A stretch of DNA of 39,909 bases from a virus (taxonomy: Duplodnaviria; Caudoviricetes), in IMG/VR virus record IMGVR_UViG_3300037484_001115, positions 1 to 39,909 of that record. One strand, given 5' to 3'. Positions 9,136-18,289 of the stretch are shown in pieces. Below the pieces are notes generated by a model that saw only the letters and a program-made list of their open reading frames with translations, had not been told where the DNA came from and did no database searches. The first letter of the stretch is position 1, and each line of letters opens with the position of its first letter. The translations under genes and the position numbers were made by a program.

Positions 9136-9872
9136 CTATACTTTTCCAGGTCTAACTCAAAATGATTGGTTTCAGGATTGATTCTGTTGAAATGCCAGTA
9201 ACGATATTCAGGACCTAACACATAACGATATTTATTATTAAATCTGCAATAATGATGAATTCTTCCTTCGAGCATTGAGTGGTACTCCGGCATTTCTGGA
9301 TGCTTGGTTACATCCCCATCCCAACCCGGTTGATTGAAATCCATGTTCCTAAATTCTTCTGTTCTGACCATGAACATCTGTTGGGACATTGTTTGAGTTT
9401 TTCTTTCGGATTCCCCATCGTTAGGGCTGACTAAAAAGACATCTGGTTGAGATTCTAAAATAGAGATAGCTTTATTAACCCAACTGTTTGGTTGGCGAAT
9501 AATCCAACAATCAGCATCCGCAAAGACCATATAATCAGAGGTTGACCTCTGAACTGCTGCCAAATGGTTGACTACGTGATTCTTCCAGAAGTGAGCCTTG
9601 TCAACAGAACTAACATATTGAGGTTTATCTATATTTATCCCAAAGTCATTTAACATTAAATCTAAGTCATCTATTCGATAAAGAAACAGAGGATAAGACA
9701 TATTCCAAGTAAAAGGTTCAAAATCATTGGGGTCACATTGTTGATGAATGACAATGACTTGATTAAAAGGATACTCATTAGATAAGACTTGACTTCTTAA
9801 TTGACCAGGTTTATGTAATCTTGGCGCATCTTTAGCGCAACAGAACGTACTAAAATCCACAGAAAAACTCAT
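9132..9872 (-). CDS. Glycosyltransferase family 2-like
   Basis: SDYMVFADADCW DxD motif; cluster context. Confidence 0.7.
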   Translation of the reverse strand: MSFSVDFSTFCCAKDAPRLHKPGQLRSQVLSNEYPFNQVIVIHQQCDPNDFEPFTWNMSYPLFLYRIDDLDLMLNDFGINIDKPQYVSSVDKAHFWKNHVVNHLAAVQRSTSDYMVFADADCWIIRQPNSWVNKAISILESQPDVFLVSPNDGESERKTQTMSQQMFMVRTEEFRNMDFNQPGWDGDVTKHPEMPEYHSMLEGRIHHYCRFNNKYRYVLGPEYRYWHFNRINPETNHFELDLEKYR

Positions 9873-10675
9873 TTATTAGCCTTTCTTCTTTCCCAAGCCT
9901 TTTTAGCAGATTCACTCATTTTTACCCTAGATTCAGGAGAAGGTTTTTTGCCTAATTTACCCAACCTTATTTTCTCTATTCCTCCATTTCTCAAGCCTTC
10001 TCTAATTTTTTTCTTATGGTCATCAGATAGTTTTCTTCCTTTATTCGCAACACTATTAGATGCTCCAATTTTTGCCTTTGTTTCTTTTGAGTGACGATAG
10101 CCTTTTCTTCCCTCAATTACCTTTAATTTATGTTCTTCTGTCTGTTTAATACCCTTTTTCTTTTCACTTATCTTTTTCTTAGTTTCCTCTGTATGTCTAT
10201 TTCCTAAATTGGCTTGTCTACCAATACTTTTTAGTCCTATTTTTCTTTTTGTTTCCTCAGAAGAAGTTTTACCTAAGTGTGACAGTCTAATTTTTTCTAT
10301 AGGTTCAGAAGATAATTTTTTTCCTTTTCTGAGCAAACTAAATTTTTTTCTTGTTTCTTCTGTGCAAATTTGCCCTAATCCCCCATCCCCTCCATCTGTA
10401 TCATTCAATATATTGATACCTAAGTTTCTACAGTTTTTTATCCAATTTCTTTCTCGTTCTTCCCAATTGTTTTCATTGCAGATTTCTAATATTTTAATAA
10501 TTGGATATAAATCATTTTTAAGTAATTTTCTAATCCATGAATTTTTTCTTCCTCTTCCTGAATTTTTAGTTTCTTTTATATGTTCTGTGAACCTTCGATT
10601 TATGTTTTTTGTTTTACCTACATATTTTAGTTCATCATTTCTTGGGTCATACAGTCCATAAATAAAAATATCCAT
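9869..10675 (-). CDS. Free-standing GIY-YIG homing endonuclease with NUMOD3 repeats
   Basis: FIYGLYDP...YVGKT, RFTEH, ERE, NDTDGG, repeated HxEETKxKI motifs. Confidence 0.9.
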   Translation of the reverse strand: MDIFIYGLYDPRNDELKYVGKTKNINRRFTEHIKETKNSGRGRKNSWIRKLLKNDLYPIIKILEICNENNWEERERNWIKNCRNLGINILNDTDGGDGGLGQICTEETRKKFSLLRKGKKLSSEPIEKIRLSHLGKTSSEETKRKIGLKSIGRQANLGNRHTEETKKKISEKKKGIKQTEEHKLKVIEGRKGYRHSKETKAKIGASNSVANKGRKLSDDHKKKIREGLRNGGIEKIRLGKLGKKPSPESRVKMSESAKKAWERRKANK

Positions 10676-10676
10676 T

Positions 10677-10761
10677 TTGGCGCTTCCTTTAATAAAAAAT
10701 CCTGTTGAGAAACCAATTGCGGAAGCGCCAACCTACACAAATGATTTAACTCAACAGGATT
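10677..10761 (-). promoter_or_regulatory. Pseudoknot-capable leader sequestering the endonuclease RBS
   Basis: Crossed inverted repeats 10677-10687/10721-10731 (11 bp, covers the RBS) and 10698-10709/10750-10761 (12 bp). Confidence 0.6.
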
Positions 10762-10897
10762 AGTATTATAATAATATATTTTATTAGATTTTGCAATTGG
10801 CTTAGTAATCATTTATGTAAGTTGGCAATATTATTATAACACATTTGGACATAATCTCACAATTTAGCATGACAGAAAGTCGCAAAATTAACGCTAC

Positions 10898-11167
10898 TCA
10901 TTCCTTATCCCATTTCAAAACTAAATCTGTTTTAGTAAGAACATCATAAATGGTATTATGTTTATGAATCTCAACCTTGTACCATGTCAATCCAGCATCT
11001 TTAGAATACACCCAATGATGTAAAAGTTTATTCCACATCAGAAGCCTTTTATTGACTTGGTCTTTTTCAGCAAAAATAACTTCAACTTCCATCCCACTTA
11101 GAGGATTAGTTCCTCTAAAGACTACCTGGTTGATAACAGGGGAATAATCAATCACTTTTTCACCCAA
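10898..11167 (-). CDS. Hypothetical protein
   Basis: 89-aa ORF. Confidence 0.5.
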   Translation of the reverse strand: MGEKVIDYSPVINQVVFRGTNPLSGMEVEVIFAEKDQVNKRLLMWNKLLHHWVYSKDAGLTWYKVEIHKHNTIYDVLTKTDLVLKWDKE

Positions 11168-11236
11168 ATATAGGAAATAGCATTATCATTAGTGGCTATT
11201 CTAATCTGCCGATAACCTCTTAAATATCTAATCAAG

Positions 11237-11575
11237 TCAATTATCATTATCTAAATAAATTCCCTTCATTTGCTCCTCTGCCCATTTTATCACAAAATCG
11301 GGTCGATAATCAATCTGATAAAGGTTACTCTTTTTGACATTGCAGGTAAGGCATAAAGGTTGGACGTTTCCAATGAAATTTGTGCCGCCTCTGGACAATG
11401 GCTTAATATGGTCAGCGGTAAATTTCTCGGTAGGTTGCTGACATCTAGGGCAAATGCCATTAAAGAAACCACATAAGGTTTTCCATTGTTCTTTGGAATA
11501 TGAGCCAGTTAATTTCCTTCTGTTGTGAAGAAATATTAAATTCTTTGACTGCTTATAAAAGGCTCCCCATTTCAT
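11237..11575 (-). CDS. HNH endonuclease
   Basis: CPRC...DHIKPLSRGGTN...NVQPLCLTCNVKK. Confidence 0.9.
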   Translation of the reverse strand: MKWGAFYKQSKNLIFLHNRRKLTGSYSKEQWKTLCGFFNGICPRCQQPTEKFTADHIKPLSRGGTNFIGNVQPLCLTCNVKKSNLYQIDYRPDFVIKWAEEQMKGIYLDNDN

Positions 11576-12312
11576 ATTTCAACTTTATACTTTGTTTGTC
11601 CTACCAAAGGAAGAAGAATTTTAGGTATCTTAAATGGAGACGATTTATATTCCCAATGTGGCTCATTTAATCGAGCTAATTCCTCTTCTTCTGAAATTTC
11701 AGAAGATTGAGTGAAATGTTCTGCCACCATCAAATGTCTAGGAGGTCCCCAAATCTCTGCTTGGGTAGCTTTTCTTTGTAACCATTGTTCCTTGAAAATA
11801 TTGGAGCAATCCCAAAGATAACCAAATTCACTTGGAATAATTTCAATAGAGGCCCTCATATTCTCAGGCCAAATAGTAGGATGAATTCTGTAAGTGCCGC
11901 CACCTTTAGGGAAGATTCTATGAACAGGAATAGGGTATTGCCGACACCTTTGGAAGTTCTGTTCCAACTGAATTCGCCAAACAGCTAGGTTGATAAAACC
12001 TCTGGCTAAATAAAACTGAACTTCTTTTAACAGAGATTCATCGTAAACTTCATCGGCTTCAAAAAAGATAATTACATCCCCTTTGCACTCTACATGTTTT
12101 AGATAAGCATTGGGAGTTGTGTCTCTACCATTCCAAGGAGAAGTTAAAACCTTTTCACATAATTTGGTCAAGACTTCCTTTGTTCCATCGGTTGATTCAA
12201 TGTCTACTGCTAATATTTCGTCAACAAATGGACGAACAGCGGTGACTGCTTCGATTACTGGAAGGCCTCCACTTAGGGCATTATGGGCAAAGGTAAAGCC
12301 GCTAACTTTCAT
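11572..12312 (-). CDS. Glycosyltransferase family 2-like (paralog of 4822-5739)
   Basis: KVSGFTFAHN, FVDEILAVDIESTDGT, FFEADEV. Confidence 0.85.
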   Translation of the reverse strand: MKVSGFTFAHNALSGGLPVIEAVTAVRPFVDEILAVDIESTDGTKEVLTKLCEKVLTSPWNGRDTTPNAYLKHVECKGDVIIFFEADEVYDESLLKEVQFYLARGFINLAVWRIQLEQNFQRCRQYPIPVHRIFPKGGGTYRIHPTIWPENMRASIEIIPSEFGYLWDCSNIFKEQWLQRKATQAEIWGPPRHLMVAEHFTQSSEISEEEELARLNEPHWEYKSSPFKIPKILLPLVGQTKYKVEI

Positions 12313-13634
12313 CTAATCTCCCGCCAATTCATCACAACCCTGGTGGCTGATGTTCCACCAATCCCTGTTACAATTACCCCAATTGTACCCATTAGTCTAA
12401 CTGCCCCAGCAGCATCTAGGGTAATAGGGTAACGGCTTACAAATGACTTAGAAATAGAATTCTTGCTTTGATTAGAAGATGCTACATAACCAGAGCTAAT
12501 GACAATAGCTGGATTACCAGAAATTGTACCCAATGTATTATACTCAAAGCCACTATAGGTCGCATTGACATCATTAAAGGCAGTTGTTCCTGAAATAGCT
12601 TGTCCAATAACCAATTCCCATAAAATCGGGTTAGCTCCTGTTACTGTAACCTCTATAGATTCTAAAACAAAATTTATCCTATTGACAATTCCATTAAAAG
12701 TTGTTTTGGGTCTGATCGCCAAAATATGAGTTCTAGCCCCATTGCCTGCTGTTACTGTTCCCTCTACACTAAACCCAAAACCTTCCTCTTCTAAATCGGC
12801 TCCTTCGCTTCTGACTGTAGCACAAAAGAAAAACATATTTGTAGTAACTGTATCACTACAAGTCATTCCGCAGATAACGGGCAAAGAAGCACTTTGAATA
12901 AAAGGAAATGAAACCTTGTTAGCATGTAAAAATTCGTGACAATAAACAGTTCTACCGCCTATATCAAACCCGACCCTCACTCTTCCTACATAAAGAGCTT
13001 GTAAATCAATAACAGCTATTTGGGTATTACCAACCTCTAAATTTATTCCACTAGCCCCTGTCCCATCCAACTTATCAATATTCCAATTTGCTTGTAGAAC
13101 TGTTTCATCCCCATTACTAGTATTACTTAGAATTCGCCAGGCAAATCCTGTTCCATTACTGATAAAATGAATCCCATTGTTTGTTAAATCTCCGTAACCT
13201 ACAATTTTGGTCACATTGGGAATATGATTTCTAAAATTGAAGGTCAAGAGGACTTGATGACTATTTCCAGGATGATAATAACAGTGCTTATATGACTGCA
13301 TATAAGCTTGACCGCCATTGGGGGTATTGAGAAATGACATTTGAGCCATTCTTTCGGTGACATCATGATTGATTGATGCCCCTGCCCCATTGGTTATCTG
13401 TTCATAAAGAAGGGGATGTAAATTGTAAGTGAACTGAGAATCGAACCGAGTAACAGGCTCACTGATTCTTAACCTACCAAAGGAATCAACCAAACCATTA
13501 TCTGCTAACCACTGTAAAGACAAAAGATTATTCTGGTCAACCGCTGGACTATCTGAATCAGTCACATATAACGGATTGGTTACAATTCCAGTGTGGTCTC
13601 CTGTCTTATCAATGATTACAACAGATTCAGTCAT
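12309..13634 (-). CDS. Putative virion structural protein (beta-rich)
   Basis: 441 aa, Gly/Thr/Asn rich; DSFGRLRISEPVTRFDS start resembles a motif I associate with phage structural proteins. Confidence 0.55.
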   Translation of the reverse strand: MTESVVIIDKTGDHTGIVTNPLYVTDSDSPAVDQNNLLSLQWLADNGLVDSFGRLRISEPVTRFDSQFTYNLHPLLYEQITNGAGASINHDVTERMAQMSFLNTPNGGQAYMQSYKHCYYHPGNSHQVLLTFNFRNHIPNVTKIVGYGDLTNNGIHFISNGTGFAWRILSNTSNGDETVLQANWNIDKLDGTGASGINLEVGNTQIAVIDLQALYVGRVRVGFDIGGRTVYCHEFLHANKVSFPFIQSASLPVICGMTCSDTVTTNMFFFCATVRSEGADLEEEGFGFSVEGTVTAGNGARTHILAIRPKTTFNGIVNRINFVLESIEVTVTGANPILWELVIGQAISGTTAFNDVNATYSGFEYNTLGTISGNPAIVISSGYVASSNQSKNSISKSFVSRYPITLDAAGAVRLMGTIGVIVTGIGGTSATRVVMNWREIR

Positions 13635-13642
13635 TTTGGCCT

Positions 13643-14137
13643 CTACTTAATATCTTGTCTAAACCAATTATATCCAAGTGAATCATAGGGAATTCTGCCT
13701 TCGTCTGACGGGTCATATTCGTGACTTGTGATATACATTAAGACCGCTGGCCCTTGCAGAACTTTTAACCCATGAGCTACACCGGGGGGAATGACAAGTA
13801 CTTGTGGCTTTTGATTGTCCCCCAAAATATAATCATAAAATTCGGGAACAGGTAACTCCCAATAATGAACGTTATTCTGGTCAAGCTTCAAAAAAGCTTC
13901 TTTGATATTTCTAAGTTCTGTTAAATCAGCTACAACCGCCTTAATTACTCCACTAATACAAACCCAATAGTCAGTTTGGACTTTGTGCCAATGAAAGGCT
14001 TTCACAACATTTTGGTGCATATATGACATTGACCACTGACCGAATTTAGGCAATTGGCTAGATTTTAGAATCTCCCTAAAATAGCCTCGTTTATCAGTAT
14101 GAGTTACAAGCGGAATAAGTTCAACACCTGGTATCAT
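13643..14137 (-). CDS. rmlC: dTDP-4-dehydrorhamnose 3,5-epimerase (cupin)
   Basis: HTDKRGYFRE, VKAFHWH..QTD, IPPGVAHG, YDPSDEGRI. Confidence 0.88.
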   Translation of the reverse strand: MIPGVELIPLVTHTDKRGYFREILKSSQLPKFGQWSMSYMHQNVVKAFHWHKVQTDYWVCISGVIKAVVADLTELRNIKEAFLKLDQNNVHYWELPVPEFYDYILGDNQKPQVLVIPPGVAHGLKVLQGPAVLMYITSHEYDPSDEGRIPYDSLGYNWFRQDIK

Positions 14138-14219
14138 TTTATTTTGTCCTCAATAATTTTTCACTTTTCAAATCTTATGATATAATCATATTGACTTTAG
14201 AAGTTGAACCAAATGTTGT

Positions 14220-14256
14220 ATACACAACCCTCTGCTGTCCTCAGAGGGTTGTGTAT
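14220..14256. terminator. 15-bp hairpin, probable terminator
   Basis: ATACACAACCCTCTG / CAGAGGGTTGTGTAT with a 7-nt loop, intergenic. Confidence 0.6.
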
Positions 14257-14265
14257 TTGTGATAA

Positions 14266-14559
14266 CTATTCAGGGAGTGACAGTGTACCACCCTCCCCGC
14301 TGACACATTCAGTTGTATCCAGTAAAACCGATTTTGTTGGCGCAAAAAACAAGGTCTTATTGTCAACAGTTAACCAGCCCCAATATCCCACCTCTCTATA
14401 GTTCTGATATAAACCTAATTTACCCACTATGCCCAATTCAACTAATAGAAAAGTTACCAAATAAACACAGAGCATTATGAGATAATCCTCTCTATTAAAT
14501 GATTTTTCAATATAAGCTAAATTGACTTGCTCTATTCCAGACTGGATTCTATTTATCAT
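14266..14559 (-). CDS. Hypothetical membrane protein
   Basis: One hydrophobic helix; AAGGA upstream. Confidence 0.5.
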   Translation of the reverse strand: MINRIQSGIEQVNLAYIEKSFNREDYLIMLCVYLVTFLLVELGIVGKLGLYQNYREVGYWGWLTVDNKTLFFAPTKSVLLDTTECVSGEGGTLSLPE

Positions 14560-14801
14560 TTCTTTTCCTTTTGATAATAACGTTCAAAATTCTGACAACA
14601 TCCTCTGTTGTTAATTGTAATCTGTTTTAGATTACAGGCTCCAATTTCTGGGCCAGGTAATTCCCTAGCTAAATTAAATTTACAATCTAAATTTTCACAA
14701 GCAAGTTTTACAATAGGTTCAAATTCTAAAAAGATTTTAAGTTGATTTAAGCTAGCCATCTTACCTCCAACGTTCAACCGATTCTTTAACGGCTTTTTCA
14801 A
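14556..14801 (-). CDS. Cys-rich hypothetical protein
   Basis: C...C..N...C...CC pattern; likely start MASL after GGAGG. Confidence 0.55.
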   Translation of the reverse strand: MKKPLKNRLNVGGKMASLNQLKIFLEFEPIVKLACENLDCKFNLARELPGPEIGACNLKQITINNRGCCQNFERYYQKEKK

Positions 14802-15594
14802 TCATTGCCTTAAATCGAAATTCCTTAGTCATCCTCTCTCTTGTCCTCAAACCCATATCCCTATACTGTTGATAATCAGCTATTAAGACATCCCTCATTT
14901 TTCCAACCAAATTAGGATAAGAAGCTGTTACCATATATTCATCAGAATAAGGATAAGAATTGATTAGAGATTCAGAAACAATTGGCAAGCCATAAGCAGC
15001 AAACAAAGCAAATCTGAGAGGCTCCTGATATGAGTAAATATCTTGGTGGACATTCAAAGCAAAACGAGATTTCTTTAGAACTTCATCTCTTTCAGGAGGC
15101 CAGCAGTTAGGCCCTATTTTAGATTCAGGAAATCGAGCATATATTCCACTTCGTCTAGGGACAATCGCTGACATGTGACAGAAGTCGTACTCTTTATTGT
15201 CAGAAGGTTCACCTAAACCTTCATCACTTCCTAAGACTACAAACCTTAGACCCGTTTCATCTGCTAGCTGCGAATCTGAGACCCATATTTCATCTGCTAG
15301 TCTATCACTCATTAACTGCCATTGTCTCTCGGCATAATAGTGAACACTTCCAGCAGAGCCAGAAGGTCGTTCAATATTCCAATGGATTAAATGGGCACGT
15401 CTTCTTTTCTTGGAATCTAGTTGATTTTTAATATGTTCCCATTCCCCGTTCAAGGGTGCGGAAATATATACACCTTCTTTTTCAAGGTCAATTTCGTCAA
15501 CAAAAATTTGATTGAACCCACTTAAATTTACCAAGGTCCAAAAATCCCTGTAGCTATCGTAAACATGCCGTGTTTTAGCAAAGAAAATTTCCAT
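14761..15594 (-). CDS. GT-B fold glycosyltransferase (CgeB/Glyco_trans_1_2-like)
   Basis: SRFALNVH...EPLRFALFAAYGLPIVSE, C-terminal G...RERM. Confidence 0.7.
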   Translation of the reverse strand: MEIFFAKTRHVYDSYRDFWTLVNLSGFNQIFVDEIDLEKEGVYISAPLNGEWEHIKNQLDSKKRRRAHLIHWNIERPSGSAGSVHYYAERQWQLMSDRLADEIWVSDSQLADETGLRFVVLGSDEGLGEPSDNKEYDFCHMSAIVPRRSGIYARFPESKIGPNCWPPERDEVLKKSRFALNVHQDIYSYQEPLRFALFAAYGLPIVSESLINSYPYSDEYMVTASYPNLVGKMRDVLIADYQQYRDMGLRTRERMTKEFRFKAMIEKAVKESVERWR

Positions 15595-15600
15595 TTAATA

Positions 15601-15888
15601 TTAAATGCCTTCTTCTACGATACTCATCTCAGTAACATATAAGGGTTTAGGGTTATCTCTTTCTTTTATTTTTTCCCGCAAATATTTAATCATGCATTCA
15701 ATAGAACAAAAATCACCAGATATGGAAAAATCATGCATTGCCCAAACACTTTGCTGATAATTTGGTTCTATTTTGAACCAAAGTTTAGGTAATCCTGGTC
15801 TAAACATACCATCTGTTATACGTCCTACAAAAGTAGATTCTTTACCGCAACCATCACAAGTTAAGTCAGTTGTTATTTTTGTTGACAT
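15601..15888 (-). CDS. Zn-finger-like hypothetical protein
   Basis: CDGCG...DFCSIEC; flanked by a 15-bp direct repeat. Confidence 0.6.
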   Translation of the reverse strand: MSTKITTDLTCDGCGKESTFVGRITDGMFRPGLPKLWFKIEPNYQQSVWAMHDFSISGDFCSIECMIKYLREKIKERDNPKPLYVTEMSIVEEGI

Positions 15889-16109
15889 TAAATGCCTTCT
15901 TTAACGGGAACGGTTCCCGTTTGAGCTTGTATAATCTGCTGCTCGTATTCTTTGTTTATTCTTTTGAAATAAGCAAACTCACCTTGTTCAACGGATAATA
16001 CTGCAACCAATTCCCATCCCTCTTTTCCGTAATGACTTAATATTTCTGTTTGACCTTCTGGCGGATTAAAATTTGCCCCAATGTCCTTTACGAAATATTC
16101 CCACTTCAT
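15888..16109 (-). CDS. DUF4177-like protein
   Basis: MKWEY...YGKEGWELVAV...YFKR. Confidence 0.75.
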   Translation of the reverse strand: MKWEYFVKDIGANFNPPEGQTEILSHYGKEGWELVAVLSVEQGEFAYFKRINKEYEQQIIQAQTGTVPVKEGI

Positions 16110-16375
16110 TCTTTATCCTCTTCCAAAGACCTTTTAGTAAATTCAGCTATCAATTCGCTTAAGGCTATGATGATTTCAGCATAAGAATAATTTTTGATAA
16201 TAGGCAACAAAGCAGATTTTATGGTTGCCTTAATGTTATCTGTTTGGGGCATATTCTTTAATCAACCTAGCAAAATGAATCGCTTCTTTTCCGACAGCCT
16301 TAATAAACCAACCTTTCAATTGCATTTCTACAATTAGTTGGCTGATTTCTTCATCTGTAAAACCTTTGATAGATT

Positions 16376-16885
16376 TCAGACAAGTTTCTTCCATGCTACC
16401 ACCTGACTTCCAGCTTTATCTGCTACCCCGTCTGTTTCAACTTTATAACCTAACAATTCAAAAAACTTTGGATATAAAGTAGATTGGTGCTTTTCATAAG
16501 GATTACCTTTGTATTCTCCTTGTGGATACCAACCCCATGGACTAGCCAGAGCAATCAACTTATTTGTTTTAGATTCTAAATTCTGTAAGGTAGAAAGAAT
16601 GTCATTCTGTTCTAAATGTTCTGGGCCATGCCACCAGAAAATATAATTAAAGTTGCCAACAAACAAATCAACAATGTTTCGAGCATCCCCTAAAACTAGA
16701 TTCTCAATTCGCCAATCATTCATTAGCTTATCAAGATTATCTTGCCAAACCTCCAACACTGTGATTTGATTGCCGGCTTTATATAATTCTTCCAACCAAG
16801 AATGGGCATCTATTCTAGCTCCAATATAAAGTAGACTACCTGGTTCAGTAAACAGTTCTGGAAGAAAAGGTTTAATGTTGTGCAT
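16376..16885 (-). CDS. Class I SAM-dependent methyltransferase
   Basis: LYIGA, VLEVW, GDAR, WWHGPEHL, P.GWYPQ...NPYEKHQS. Confidence 0.7.
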   Translation of the reverse strand: MHNIKPFLPELFTEPGSLLYIGARIDAHSWLEELYKAGNQITVLEVWQDNLDKLMNDWRIENLVLGDARNIVDLFVGNFNYIFWWHGPEHLEQNDILSTLQNLESKTNKLIALASPWGWYPQGEYKGNPYEKHQSTLYPKFFELLGYKVETDGVADKAGSQVVAWKKLV

Positions 16886-17151
16886 ATTAAATTTTTATAT
16901 ATCCTCTATACCCTAACCAAGAAAAAAATAACAAACCATTCTTGTGAAACAATGGGAGTAATCTAAATTTTGTTATATTAGTTATTCTTATTTTCATCAT
17001 TTACTCAGAAAAGTAATTGTTTTGCACCCGACAATGTTTATTTAATTTTGTGTCCTTTTCTGCTTATCATTTTCCCAAAAACAAATGGGGCAAATTTACC
17101 CAAACCGATTCCAAAATATTCAGATAAAAACCAAATCAATCTCCACATTAG

Positions 17152-17328
17152 TTACCTACTCAGAAAAGTAATAACCTGTTCTGCTCCTGACAATAGAAAA
17201 ACCAACATACCCGCAAAAAACATTAGACGACCCACCTCTGCCCACATACCCGCACGAGGGGTAGGGGTGTTTACCATATAGAGTATAAAGCCAGCAACCA
17301 AAACAAGTATAGGTAGTAAAACAATCAT
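17152..17328 (-). CDS. Small 2-TM membrane protein (58 aa)
   Basis: Not in ORF track. MIVLLPILVLVAGFILYMV...FFAGMLVFLLSG; AAGGAG upstream. Confidence 0.6.
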   Translation of the reverse strand: MIVLLPILVLVAGFILYMVNTPTPRAGMWAEVGRLMFFAGMLVFLLSGAEQVITFLSR

Positions 17329-17344
17329 TTCTTAATCTCCTTTT

Positions 17345-17572
17345 TTAATAATCTTCTTCATCAAATAAAGGTGTTAGACCCTTGCTTTTTCTATCTCGGT
17401 CGATCATTACTTCAATCCAAATTTTGAAAACAGCATCGTTATCACCAGCCTCGTAGTGCTTGCGATAATAATTTCTTAATCGTCTAAATTCTTTTAGAGC
17501 TTCTTTTTGGTTTTTAACAGTGAAATTAAACATTGCACTCATGTTTAATTGGATTTTTACTATATCCGTCAA
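17345..17572 (-). CDS. Hypothetical protein
   Basis: 75-aa ORF. Confidence 0.45.
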   Translation of the reverse strand: MTDIVKIQLNMSAMFNFTVKNQKEALKEFRRLRNYYRKHYEAGDNDAVFKIWIEVMIDRDRKSKGLTPLFDEEDY

Positions 17573-17918
17573 TCAACATAGCCCAACCATTTTCATCAAC
17601 ATAACTCACAGAATAAAAACGCTTTAATCTTTGTTGCTCATCCCAAGATAATTTATTAGTTGGAGTAAATTCAATTGTGATAGGTTCTGGTTTGCTTCTA
17701 ATAATAAGATTAGGATTCTCTTTAGGTAAAGGTCTGATAACATAACTATGTGGTTGAACTATAACTGCACTTTCTAGAAATTCAACAGGGATATATAAAT
17801 TCTCACCACATTGACCACAAATCTTTGGTGGAATAAAATTATCTGGACTTAAGTCATAATCAGGATGAATAGCGTAAATATCTTCGTGATGTCTGAATTT
17901 GATATAAATGGTTTTCAT
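17526..17918 (-). CDS. Hypothetical protein (CxxC)
   Basis: 130 aa, coupled start. Confidence 0.55.
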   Translation of the reverse strand: MKTIYIKFRHHEDIYAIHPDYDLSPDNFIPPKICGQCGENLYIPVEFLESAVIVQPHSYVIRPLPKENPNLIIRSKPEPITIEFTPTNKLSWDEQQRLKRFYSVSYVDENGWAMLIDGYSKNPIKHECNV

Positions 17919-18289
17919 TTAATGTTAAATGCTCTTTCAGCTTCAATCACTTTCATATCAAACCCGTACTTCTGTTCTTTTGTTGCACCCAATACTAACA
18001 ATTCATTATATAAAAATAATCGTCTTGTTAAAAATTCGACTTTACCCGCCATGTCTAAGATGTTATTTATTTTCTCTTGTTTTTCTTCGTTCCATCTTTT
18101 AGCACATTCTGGGCACAACCAAACAACAGTTATACCATCCTGATTAAACTTAAAATAAGTTGTCTTTTCCCAACCTTCTGCATTGTCGCTATTAGTATAA
18201 GGAAAAGATGCCTGGGTTGGGCAATCAGAATTCACATAAACAGGCTCAAATAAATGATACCCTTGACAAACAATAGGATAAATTCTCAT
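17915..18289 (-). CDS. Hypothetical protein (CxxC)
   Basis: 124 aa, coupled start. Confidence 0.55.
   Translation of the reverse strand: MRIYPIVCQGYHLFEPVYVNSDCPTQASFPYTNSDNAEGWEKTTYFKFNQDGITVVWLCPECAKRWNEEKQEKINNILDMAGKVEFLTRRLFLYNELLVLGATKEQKYGFDMKVIEAERAFNIK

Noticed and set aside
14225-14250. CTGAGGA hammerhead-like core on the minus strand
   Set aside because: No stem II or GAAA element; it is a simple hairpin
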